NCBI GenBank assembly: GCA_045863295.1
Contig: BTWA01000006.1
Span: 64,001-128,000 of the forward strand
Origin: Candidatus Hydrogenedentota bacterium
Lineage (GTDB): Bacteria > Hydrogenedentota > Hydrogenedentia > Hydrogenedentales > SLHB01
DNA length: 64,000 bases
Direction of reading: 5' to 3'
This document shows positions 49,498 to 57,956 of this stretch, piece by piece. Positions within the stretch are counted from its first letter, which is position 1. Each line of letters opens with the position of its first letter. The position numbers and the translations under genes are program-made. Under the pieces are notes generated by a model. The model did not search any database and was not told where the DNA came from. It saw nothing but the letters and a program-made list of their open reading frames with translations.

Positions 49498-50493
49498 TCA
49501 AGCTGTAGTTTCCCCGTCACCGTTCAAATCCGCTTTCCGCAGGGCTGATCTTCGTGTGCGAAACAATAAAAGCAACCCCAGACCGAGAGCGGCGAGCCCG
49601 ATCCATTGGGACACGGCCAAACCGCCGATCACGTACACCCGGGTGGCCAGAAGGCTATCGAGGGTCAAACGCAATACCCCGTAGGATAGGAGCACAAAGG
49701 CAAGCGTCGCACCCCGACATGGACCCTTCCGATAGATCTGCTCTGCCACAATCCCCAATGCCAAGGCAGCCAACGAGAAAAGAATCGGCGTGGGCCAAAC
49801 CGGAAGGCTTCGCGTCTGACCCGCGAGATGCGCGATGTCGGTTGCGCTCTTGCCTGAGACTTCGTCCGGAAAGCGGTCCAATAATCGTTGAAACTGCTCA
49901 CGGCGCAAATGCAGGAACTGTTCGTGGCCCCAGAGGTTGGTTTCGCCTTCCGCGGTGGTGTGAACCAATCCGCGAGGGGGCACAATCAAATTGGAGCGCC
50001 ATTGGGTCTCATACGGTGTGCTTCCATAGGGATAGGTTATGCCCAGATAGGCAGGCGCAAGGCCACCGGCACAGCACCCGGCAAATACGCATCCCCATTT
50101 AGCCACCGCAAGACCAAGTAGTGCCGAAGGAGCGAGCGCGTCGAGATAGTCGACCGCTTTGAGTCGCAGTGGCGCGAGTCCAATCAACAATGCTACTCCT
50201 GCGCCAATGGCAAATACCGTAAAGGAGGACGGTGCCTTTTGAAAAGGAGAGAACACACGCAAGCCCAATGCCTCGTGCCGAGGATCAAACAACAGGGTGG
50301 ACCGGCTCAACATCCATCCGCATAACAACGCCACGGACAGCATGGGGATGAGTAAAATAAAGTGTATGTCGTCCCTTTTGACACGCCAGAATAGGGTGGC
50401 AAGCGCGGTCAATACGGCAAGTAGTATAGCTGTCGAATAGGCGCCGATGTATGTATTGCCTATGGAAAACAGAACCGGACGCACCTGTGTCAC
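49498..50493 (-). CDS. Divergent prolipoprotein diacylglyceryl transferase (Lgt) family protein
   Basis: VRPVLFSIG start, YLDALAPS...KWGCVFAGCCAG, GITYP, PVWPTP, YGVLR, VSQWIG; ~7 TMs; several canonical residues altered. Confidence 0.8.
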   Translation of the reverse strand: MTQVRPVLFSIGNTYIGAYSTAILLAVLTALATLFWRVKRDDIHFILLIPMLSVALLCGWMLSRSTLLFDPRHEALGLRVFSPFQKAPSSFTVFAIGAGVALLIGLAPLRLKAVDYLDALAPSALLGLAVAKWGCVFAGCCAGGLAPAYLGITYPYGSTPYETQWRSNLIVPPRGLVHTTAEGETNLWGHEQFLHLRREQFQRLLDRFPDEVSGKSATDIAHLAGQTRSLPVWPTPILFSLAALALGIVAEQIYRKGPCRGATLAFVLLSYGVLRLTLDSLLATRVYVIGGLAVSQWIGLAALGLGLLLLFRTRRSALRKADLNGDGETTA

Positions 50494-50495
50494 CT

Positions 50496-50536
50496 AAAAA
50501 CGTTGGAGACACCCCACTTGGAAAGGGTGTCTCCAA
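50496..50536 (-). terminator. Rho-independent terminator/attenuator between the peptide gene and the lgt-like gene
   Basis: 12-bp perfect stem TTGGAGACACCC / GGGTGTCTCCAA, 10-nt loop, then CGTTTTT on the minus strand, ending 2 nt before the lgt-like GTG. Confidence 0.75.
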
Positions 50537-50578
50537 TTTGCCAAAGTTTCTATGCCGCACAAACGCGCGGCACGTCTG

Positions 50579-50776
50579 CTACACTTCCAGTCCCGCCGCT
50601 TCAAGTTCGGCAAGGCACTCTTCCAACGTAATATCTTCCAAACTTACGTCGTCGCCCGTGTCGCCCGAATCGTCCGTTTCGTCCGCATGCGAAAGCAACG
50701 AAGGGCCAAACAACGCCAGCACAAGCGCCAGCAAACCACTTCCTAGCATCCATTTCCAACTCTTTGACTTGCTCAT
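50579..50776 (-). CDS. Small secreted acidic peptide (65 aa, single Cys)
   Basis: SD AGGAGG 6 nt upstream; Lys-rich N-terminus, hydrophobic core, SHA/DE cleavage; own promoter and terminator. Confidence 0.75.
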   Translation of the reverse strand: MSKSKSWKWMLGSGLLALVLALFGPSLLSHADETDDSGDTGDDVSLEDITLEECLAELEAAGLEV

Positions 50777-50852
50777 GCGATTCCTCCTGATTGCGGTGCA
50801 ATCTTGCGGGAGATGCCCTGTCTACGAATCCCCCGGCCGTCCACACACCTAC

Positions 50853-50880
50853 AGTATATCGAAACGGCACGATTATGCAA
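50853..50880 (-). promoter_or_regulatory. Candidate sigma70 promoter for the peptide gene
   Basis: TTGCAT-N16-TATACT on the minus strand, ~76 nt upstream of the ATG. Confidence 0.5.
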
Positions 50881-50913
50881 AGACGTAACAAACAAAGAGT
50901 GGCCAACAACTTC

Positions 50914-52446
50914 CTAAGACTTGGCGGGCAAGGAGCGAATTCCCCCGCGCAACGAGAATACGTTTGGATATCCCTGTTTGTGGAACACCCGCGCTGCACT
51001 TCGGCTGCGGTGTCCATGGCTACAGCACAACACATAGGACCGGTCACATTCAAAAGGCGGAGAGGCAAAATCGATGCGGCTGAGGGGAACGGATAGTACG
51101 GCGCTCAGGGAAATCGGTTCGCGCTCAACCTCGTCCAATTCTCGCACGTCAACCAACGTGAACCTTTCTATCGTCCCAATGAGAATCTGCTGGTAGTCAA
51201 GCTCTATGGACTCGTCCGGCCCGTAATTCTCCGGGGACAAATCGGATATGGAAGGATTCGCCCCGCACACCGGACACCCGGAACTCTTTTCAATGACCAC
51301 CTTCCGTATACTCAGATCCAGACAATCCACGATTGCAATTCCATTGACTGGGCCTCCCGGAATAGCCAAGAGTTGACGCAAGGCTTCCATGGCCTGCATG
51401 GCCCCGAGAATTCCCGGAATAGCCCCAAGCACACCCACCTCGGCACACGTACCCACACAGCCCGGATCCGGCATGGTCGGCCAAAGGCACCGCAGACACG
51501 CCGATTCCCCAGGAACATAAACCTGAATCTGGCCTTCAAATTGATAAAGGCTGCCAAAAACTGCCGGCATACCCAGTAAGACTGCAGCGTCGTTGATGAG
51601 AAATTTTGTCGGAAAATTGTCCGTGCAGTCGAGCACCAAATCATACTGGTTGAATAGGGAATACGCGTTTTCGGCCGTGAGACGATGATCGTGTTGGCGC
51701 AATTCTATACCCGGATTCAGCGCTCGAAGTCGATGAAGGGCAAGTTCGATCTTCGGCTTACCAACGTCGATGGCGCTGTACAAGGGCTGACGATGCAAAT
51801 TGCTGATATCCAACGAGTCGGATTCACACAGGCCGAGAACGCCGATTCCCGCGGACGCCAGATAAGTTGCTGCGGGAGAACCCAACCCACCCAGCCCCAC
51901 AACAAGTACGCGGGCGTTGGCCAGTCTATGTTGTCCGTCTGTACCGATTTCGCGAAGCCGGATTTGACGGTCGTAATACAGAGCCGGATCGGGTGCAACG
52001 CTCGATCCCACTGGGCCATGTCCGTGTGCAGCGCAACGCTCGCAATTGACCCACCCCGAATTCCCGTCGATGTAGTACTCCTTTTTCCATATGGGTACTC
52101 GGTGCTTGACCTCGTCTATAATGTACCGGCAGGCTTTGAACGCCTCGTCGCGATGTGCGGAAACCGCACCTACCCAGACGGCCATGTCGCCAATGCCCAG
52201 CCCGCCAATGCGATGTACGCAGTGCGCGGTGATCAACCCGAAACGGCGAATGGCGTCCTCAACAATCCTGCACCCCTCAGCGACGGCCATCGACTCGTAG
52301 GCTTCATATTCCAGCCGGGTAACTGCTTTACCCTCGTTATGATTACGAACCCAGCCTTCAAACGATGTGAAGGCTCCGGCTTCAGGCGCAATCATCGTTG
52401 CTTTTAATGTGGCGGTGTCGATGGTGTCTTGACTCAATGAAAACAC
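50914..52446 (-). CDS. MoaE - MoeB/ThiF - rhodanese fusion protein
   Basis: MoaE (GAFTSFEGWVRNHN, LEYEAY, SAHRDEAF, VPIWKKE), MoeB (YDRQI, GLGGLGSP, SNLHRQ, DCTDNF, CLRC, CPVC), rhodanese (VDVRE, CCSHGHRS, SLRGG). GTG 2 nt after the moaD stop. Confidence 0.9.
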   Translation of the reverse strand: MFSLSQDTIDTATLKATMIAPEAGAFTSFEGWVRNHNEGKAVTRLEYEAYESMAVAEGCRIVEDAIRRFGLITAHCVHRIGGLGIGDMAVWVGAVSAHRDEAFKACRYIIDEVKHRVPIWKKEYYIDGNSGWVNCERCAAHGHGPVGSSVAPDPALYYDRQIRLREIGTDGQHRLANARVLVVGLGGLGSPAATYLASAGIGVLGLCESDSLDISNLHRQPLYSAIDVGKPKIELALHRLRALNPGIELRQHDHRLTAENAYSLFNQYDLVLDCTDNFPTKFLINDAAVLLGMPAVFGSLYQFEGQIQVYVPGESACLRCLWPTMPDPGCVGTCAEVGVLGAIPGILGAMQAMEALRQLLAIPGGPVNGIAIVDCLDLSIRKVVIEKSSGCPVCGANPSISDLSPENYGPDESIELDYQQILIGTIERFTLVDVRELDEVEREPISLSAVLSVPLSRIDFASPPFECDRSYVLCCSHGHRSRSAARVFHKQGYPNVFSLRGGIRSLPAKS

Positions 52447-52448
52447 CG

Positions 52449-52691
52449 TTAGCCTCCCGCCACCGGAGGAACGAAGACGACCGTGTCGCCTTCGGACAGC
52501 GGTGTGTCCCAATCGCCAAACGTCTCGTTAATCGCTACCTTAAGTTGTTCAAGGTGCAAAGTAAATCCATGAGTTCGCTGCAATTCACCGTACAAAGCGC
52601 GGGGAGTGGACGCCGTTGTACGCACCTCTTCAGCGGAAAGGCCTCGCTGCTCGCGCATCAACGCAAAATATCGTACATGGACAGTAATCAT
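52449..52691 (-). CDS. moaD: Molybdopterin synthase sulfur carrier subunit
   Basis: VRYFALMRE, VAINE, C-terminal FVPPVAGG. Confidence 0.95.
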   Translation of the reverse strand: MITVHVRYFALMREQRGLSAEEVRTTASTPRALYGELQRTHGFTLHLEQLKVAINETFGDWDTPLSEGDTVVFVPPVAGG

Positions 52692-52707
52692 CCGGGCTCC
52701 ATCAACA

Positions 52708-53811
52708 TCAACCCGTTGCAAGGAATCGTCGAACCGAGTCCCGTTCGTCGGGGTTGTTCACATTCTGTAATGTCCGCGACTCGGGCGGGGTGATAAGCGC
52801 GATCCGGGAATTGATAAGCATCTTGCGCGGACAATCATATCCTGCCGCCAGAAATGCAAGCATCCTATGTATCGATTTCGGCTCGTAAATCGTACAAAGT
52901 GGCTCTGGAAAGCCTTGCTCGACATTGGCAAATGCAGTTGCATGACGGAATGGGTTGCGTTCCGCAATCAAGTGCCGCAGCACCTCGTGATCGACGAAAG
53001 GCATATCACACGCCAGTACAAGCCACGCAGCCCGGGGATCTTGGGTCAAAGCAGTCAGTATGGCACCCATTTGACCATGACCCAAAAAGGTATCCGAAAT
53101 TAATGGCAAGCCCGCATAGAACGGCTCATCAATTTGGTCGGGGCGAATGGACACGTGCGCCGACACGCAAACGCTACGCAACAATTCCAGGGCATGCAAA
53201 ACCTGAGGCCGGCCGTGATAGTCGATCCGCGCCTTGTCTGACTGCATGCGGGAGCTATGTCCTCCAGCCAGCACCAGACCCCGCAGGGGAACTCGCCCTG
53301 CCTCGCCAACAAGGTATTCGCACACCCGTTGGGTAAGTCCCGGTACGTCATCGAACGCATAAAACGCTTGGTCTGGCGCCAGAATTGGACATGCGTTTAG
53401 CGGCCCCACATAGGCAAGTACCTGCTCCTGGACTGGTTGAACGCCGTCAACAGCCACCACAACCTTGCAGCCGTCGAACAATTCGACACACTCCGTAAAC
53501 ACCACGTCGCAGTCCAGCAATGGACGGGACCCCACAAAGGAATCCAGTACTGATGGATACTGCAAACCCTGTTGGTTCCCCGTGACAAACAGGTTAACGC
53601 CGGAAAAGGCATCCCTCGCTGTCTCGGACCCTACTTCCGGTCCGCGGCAAACCACGCGCCCCACCAGACAGTCGCGAAATGCCTCTGCGATTACACCCGA
53701 AACGAGTGCGCCAATCAGCTCGGTTTGACCACAGCAGAAGCCAATCTCATAGGGATTGTATACGAACGGCTTCGGGTGGATTTTCTCCGAGTTGGAACTA
53801 GCGCACGGCAT
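52708..53811 (-). CDS. mobA: Molybdenum cofactor guanylyltransferase with degenerate N-terminal domain
   Basis: GLVLAGGHSSRMQSDKA, WLVLACDMPF, PEPLCTIYEP, NVNNPDE; ~170-aa N-terminal extension. Confidence 0.85.
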   Translation of the reverse strand: MPCASSNSEKIHPKPFVYNPYEIGFCCGQTELIGALVSGVIAEAFRDCLVGRVVCRGPEVGSETARDAFSGVNLFVTGNQQGLQYPSVLDSFVGSRPLLDCDVVFTECVELFDGCKVVVAVDGVQPVQEQVLAYVGPLNACPILAPDQAFYAFDDVPGLTQRVCEYLVGEAGRVPLRGLVLAGGHSSRMQSDKARIDYHGRPQVLHALELLRSVCVSAHVSIRPDQIDEPFYAGLPLISDTFLGHGQMGAILTALTQDPRAAWLVLACDMPFVDHEVLRHLIAERNPFRHATAFANVEQGFPEPLCTIYEPKSIHRMLAFLAAGYDCPRKMLINSRIALITPPESRTLQNVNNPDERDSVRRFLATG

Positions 53812-54268
53812 AATCGGACCTGCCGCCTCTTTTTTCCATCAATCGGATTTCCTGAATGACGATGCCATGTGAGGCCGCTTTGCACATATCGTACACGGTC
53901 AATGCCGCGACCGAAGCACCGGTCATCGCTTCCATTTCCACACCCGTCTTCCCGTACACGCTGACCACGCAATCTATCTGAATCCTGTCAGGTTCCGGCA
54001 ACGTGATTTCCACCTGGCAATCGTCCAATCCAATAGGATGGCAAAACGGGATCAACTCGCTGGTCTTCTTCGCCGCCATTACGCCCGCAATGATGGCCGT
54101 GTGAAACACGGGACCTTTCTGGGTACGAAGAGCGCCGTCTCGAATAAGCATGGCTACTTCATCGGGAATGTGAATCAGCGCGCGCGCGCGCGCGGACCGT
54201 CGGGACATGGGCTTCTCTCCCACGTCCACCATGCGCGGCTGACCCTTCTCGTCAATGTGGGACAGCAT
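53798..54268 (-). CDS. moaC: Cyclic pyranopterin monophosphate synthase
   Basis: LSHID..GQPRMVDV, AAKKTSELIPFCHPI, KTGVEMEA, VYDMCKA. Confidence 0.97.
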   Translation of the reverse strand: MLSHIDEKGQPRMVDVGEKPMSRRSARARALIHIPDEVAMLIRDGALRTQKGPVFHTAIIAGVMAAKKTSELIPFCHPIGLDDCQVEITLPEPDRIQIDCVVSVYGKTGVEMEAMTGASVAALTVYDMCKAASHGIVIQEIRLMEKRGGRSDYAVR

Positions 54269-54276
54269 ACGATCTC

Positions 54277-55413
54277 CTAACCTCCAATATGGTACATTTC
54301 CACGTGCTTGCGCATCTCAGGTGAATTCAAAGTCTCCATGCGTACCTCAGAATACCGATCTGCGCGCTGCTGCCACAATGACGCAATCAAGGCCGTAATT
54401 TCCTCCTCGTGTGCGCCATCCCGCAATGGAGTGCGAAGATCGAATCCATCCGAAGCAAACAAACAGGTGTATAGCTTTCCTTCCGCGGAGAGTCGCATCC
54501 GCGTGCAGTCTCCGCAAAAAGGTGCACTTACAGACGATATGAACCCAATTTCCCCCGATCCATCCAAGAACCGGTATCGGGCCGCAACCTCACCCCGGTA
54601 ATTGGGCTCCACAGGCGCTATCGGAAAGACCGCGTTTATCATCGCGCAGATTTCCCGCGATGGAACCACTTGGTGCATTCCCCAGCCATTGCAGGTCCCA
54701 ACGTCCATATACTCAATAAAACGTACGATATGGCCCGTGCCTTTGAAGCGCCGTACCAGTTCGACCACCGTATGCTCATTAAGTCCACGGATGACGACGG
54801 CGTTTATTTTTGCGGGAGGAAAACCGGCCGCTTCGGCGGCACGAAGACCCTGGAGAACCGCGTCAACGCCCGATCGCCCCCCGTTCATCGCGCCAAATAC
54901 GGCGTCATCCAGCGTATCAAGGCTTAAGGTGATACGACGCAATCCAGCGCGCATCAACGACTGTGCATAGGATGGCAGCAGCACGCCGTTGGTCGTAAGC
55001 GCGATGTCTTCCAACAACTCAATTCCAGCCAACTGAAGTACCAACTGATCCAGGTCACGCCGGAGCAACGGTTCTCCGCCCGTTATGCGAACCTTGCGCA
55101 CGCCCAGTTTCACGAATGACCGTGCCAGCACACAAATCTCTTCAAAGGTCAGCAATTCGCTCTTCTGAAGAAAATGATAGGACTCGTGATAGGTCGTTTC
55201 AGGCATACAATACGTGCAACGAAAATTGCATTTGTCAGTAACCGATATCCTCAGGTCATGCATCGGCCGGCCAAAACGATCCGAGGGATACTCCTCCTGT
55301 CGCGACGGTTCAATAGGGCGCGTGTTCGGATACCTCATGCGGGTTGGTTCTGGATGCACGCCGAATCCTTTTTGCGGCCTTCTATGTCTGGCTGGTGCAT
55401 ATTCATGGGACAA
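54277..55413 (-). CDS. moaA: GTP 3',8-cyclase (radical SAM)
   Basis: LRISVTDKCNFRCTYC, ITGGEPLLR, FCGDCTRMR..EGKLYTC, C-terminal IGG. Start uncertain, possibly MRYPN. Confidence 0.96.
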   Translation of the reverse strand: MSHEYAPARHRRPQKGFGVHPEPTRMRYPNTRPIEPSRQEEYPSDRFGRPMHDLRISVTDKCNFRCTYCMPETTYHESYHFLQKSELLTFEEICVLARSFVKLGVRKVRITGGEPLLRRDLDQLVLQLAGIELLEDIALTTNGVLLPSYAQSLMRAGLRRITLSLDTLDDAVFGAMNGGRSGVDAVLQGLRAAEAAGFPPAKINAVVIRGLNEHTVVELVRRFKGTGHIVRFIEYMDVGTCNGWGMHQVVPSREICAMINAVFPIAPVEPNYRGEVAARYRFLDGSGEIGFISSVSAPFCGDCTRMRLSAEGKLYTCLFASDGFDLRTPLRDGAHEEEITALIASLWQQRADRYSEVRMETLNSPEMRKHVEMYHIGG

Positions 55414-55809
55414 TCATCTCTCGGTGATACACTATGCGTTTGCGATTCTATTCTGACTTTTCAAATCTTGCGAGGTCGACATACAGTACGGCAGTGGACG
55501 ATGGCAAGACAAGTATGAACAGCCGCTCTCGGATCAATACTATCTGTAGTCCAATTTGCGCTTTGTGAGTCACTCGAACGGCGTATCTGCCTGACCGTAT
55601 GTTCCTTATCTCATAAGCGCCACTGGAATCGCAAAGTCCATCAAAACAAGAAATCCGCGTGTTGCCGCGGATTCAACGAATACACCCATTTCCAATCCGG
55701 TCCTGCCGTAAAGGTTGCCCACTTCAACCAATGCAGGCAAGTCACAGAATCGAATGCAGCCTCAGTGTCCACGCCAGAGAGTCTCGAGTCATTAATCATA
55801 CCGGGCAAT

Positions 55810-55838
55810 GCTATTTGAGTCTTTAGAGCTATTTGAGT
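55810..55838. repeat. 11-bp direct repeat GCTATTTGAGT x2
   Basis: Copies at 55810-55820 and 55828-55838 in the moaA/gntR divergent intergenic region. Confidence 0.7.
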
Positions 55839-56184
55839 ACCATGCGACGCCAAGCCGGGGAGTGGATTCAGCGATCTTCAGGTTTTGCGGATATTGTAGG
55901 AGAAATCGGGAACGCGATGGGCCGCAGTGGTGTTTCCTTAGGAGTCTGTACCATAGTATGAAGGTTGGACAACACTGCAATCGCACAAAGTACAGGTTTT
56001 TCTGGATTTCTACCGGAAGACGGGAAGCCATTTGGGATTGCATATGCCGAATACTCAATAATCTCCGGCTTATCTTTGTGACTTATTGGATCAATTTGGC
56101 CTTTTATGCCCGGTACCTGTACAATCGGGGTTTTGTGCGCGTCGTGGTTTGAAGTTTTGACAACCCATTACACAGGAGGACGAT

Positions 56185-56607
56185 ATGAACACGAATGCCG
56201 CGTTGTTTCATATCAATATCAAGAGCCCTATTGCGGTTTATGTGCAAATTGAGAATCAGGTCATGTTTGCCATTGCAGCAGGCAAATACCAACCCGGGGA
56301 TACTGTTCCCTCTGTACGGGACATGTCCCAGATCCTCAATGTGAATCCGAACACGGTCACAAAGGCGTACCGCGATTTGGAATTGCTTGGGTTCGTGACC
56401 ACTCGTCGGGGTGTAGGCGTAACCGTGAGTGAAAAGGCGCCTAAACTCTGCAAAGACCGAGTATCTCAAATGGTTCGTTCGCATCTGGAAGACGCATTGG
56501 GAGAATGCATCGCCAGCGGACTGAAAGCCGCCGAAATCCGTTCCGCCGTGTCTAAAGCGATCGATGCGTCGGTGGTCCCCTACCACCCCGATCGAGTTTA
56601 TTCATAA
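56185..56607 (+). CDS. GntR family regulator (YtrA-like)
   Basis: VYVQI, PSVRDMS..LNVNPNTVTKAY.DLE, RRGVG; short C-terminal domain; SD AGGAGG. Confidence 0.93.
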   Translation: MNTNAALFHINIKSPIAVYVQIENQVMFAIAAGKYQPGDTVPSVRDMSQILNVNPNTVTKAYRDLELLGFVTTRRGVGVTVSEKAPKLCKDRVSQMVRSHLEDALGECIASGLKAAEIRSAVSKAIDASVVPYHPDRVYS

Positions 56608-56626
56608 CCGACGCAATCCGAAATCA

Positions 56627-56666
56627 AACCGCCGGCACCCCCGCAGTAAGAGGGTTGCCGGCGGTT
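56627..56666. terminator. Terminator hairpin between convergent genes
   Basis: AACCGCCGGCA / TGCCGGCGGTT 11-bp stem extended by CCC/GGG; T-rich tail on the minus strand. Confidence 0.7.
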
Positions 56667-56682
56667 CTGCAAATTGCGTTGG

Positions 56683-57012
56683 CTACTCGATACTGAACTG
56701 CTTGAGAATGGTGCCGATTTCCGCTTCTTCCTTCGGGTGAGTTTTCAAGATTGAGACCTTGCCCTTCGGAGAAATCGCGATGGCGTAGGCCATCCACGTA
56801 TACCCGCTACCACCATCCAATATGGGCAGTACAGTGTAAGCGCCGTTCCCCACGGCTCCTTGGCTCTGAGTTATCGCGGGCAAGGCAAGTGTCCCTTCAA
56901 TGGACGCCTCCGCTTTCGGGGATACCATACCGGCCCAGTATCCCGCCGCTGCAAACCCCCCGCACATCAACCCCAACAGCAAGTAACGCACATACTTCGA
57001 TTTCATGGCCAT
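56683..57012 (-). CDS. Hypothetical exported or membrane-anchored protein
   Basis: SD GGGAG; basic N-terminus plus hydrophobic segment, possible AEA cleavage; terminator downstream. Confidence 0.65.
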   Translation of the reverse strand: MAMKSKYVRYLLLGLMCGGFAAAGYWAGMVSPKAEASIEGTLALPAITQSQGAVGNGAYTVLPILDGGSGYTWMAYAIAISPKGKVSILKTHPKEEAEIGTILKQFSIE

Positions 57013-57075
57013 TCTCCCTGGTTAAACGGTTGCAGAAGCGAAACTACATGCCGCCGAAGGCGGATATGTACGGAG

Positions 57076-57906
57076 TCAGGGTCGTTCGCCGCGTGCCAAG
57101 CGGGTATTAATCGAGTCAATAATAACCGGCAATTCACGAATAGATTGAATAAGAAAATGTGCGCCCGCTCCAGCAAGGCGTTGCCGGGCGTACTCGAATC
57201 GGCTCTTGCGAACTTCGTCGGGTAGCGCGTGCAAATCAACCTCACTCAGCCCCACCTCGTTGCCATGCTCGATCACCCCCACTGTCCACATGCCCGCATT
57301 GAGTCCTTCGCCAATGTCTACCGGCGTATCGCCTACCTTCACGATAGACTCCATCGGATACACACCCAACCGCTTTGCACACTCCAACGCCATCCACGGC
57401 GATGGGCGGCCTTCTGGAACTTCGTTTACACATACCATGGAATCAGGCTCGTAGCCTGCCTTGGCCGCCTCGGGGGTCAGAACAGACATCATCACGTCGT
57501 TGTAGCCAGTCGTGCTCCCGATGCGCAGTCCACGCCGCCTCAGTTCTGAAATTACTTCAAGCACCCCGGGGACCAGATCGGTATGTTTTCCTATGCAAGC
57601 CACTTGCATCGGCACGAACTCGGTGAAGAGCATATCCACATCGGCATGACCCGGCGTATGCCCCTTTTCCTTCTGCCACTGACTGGCGATGGAAGGCATG
57701 GAGAGCATCACGCGAAGGTGATCTTTCTTATGCATCCCCATGGGCTGGCGCGCTTGCTCAACCGTAACTTGGACCCCATGCTTTTCAAACAGTTCGACAA
57801 ATACAGAAGCAGGGGCCATGCAGCCAAAGTCAACGGTAGTCCCTGCCCAGTCGAATATGGCCGCCTTGAGTGGACCACGATAGATTCGATGAAACATAAA
57901 ATCCAC
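57076..57906 (-). CDS. phnX: Phosphonoacetaldehyde hydrolase
   Basis: IFDWAGTTVDFG, ARQPMGMHKKDH (Schiff-base Lys), GSTTGY, GRPSPWM, KVGDT..DI.EGLNAGMW, RLARGERP. Confidence 0.97.
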   Translation of the reverse strand: MDFMFHRIYRGPLKAAIFDWAGTTVDFGCMAPASVFVELFEKHGVQVTVEQARQPMGMHKKDHLRVMLSMPSIASQWQKEKGHTPGHADVDMLFTEFVPMQVACIGKHTDLVPGVLEVISELRRRGLRIGSTTGYNDVMMSVLTPEAAKAGYEPDSMVCVNEVPEGRPSPWMALECAKRLGVYPMESIVKVGDTPVDIGEGLNAGMWTVGVIEHGNEVGLSEVDLHALPDEVRKSRFEYARQRLAGAGAHFLIQSIRELPVIIDSINTRLARGERP

Positions 57907-57956
57907 GGCAAATCTCCAATTGAAACGCTACGAAAAAGTACGAAAAGAACATGAAA

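Noticed and set aside
50285..50581. Stop-codon read-through fusing the peptide to the Lgt-like protein
   Set aside because: The frame after the TAG is not the lgt frame and crosses the terminator.
50864..50879. Sigma54-like CGGCACGATTATGC on the + strand
   Set aside because: GG-N9-GC spacing is wrong and it faces away from the nearby genes.
55414..55700. Moco riboswitch upstream of moaA
   Set aside because: I could not find the conserved motif elements by eye; cmscan would be needed to exclude it fully.
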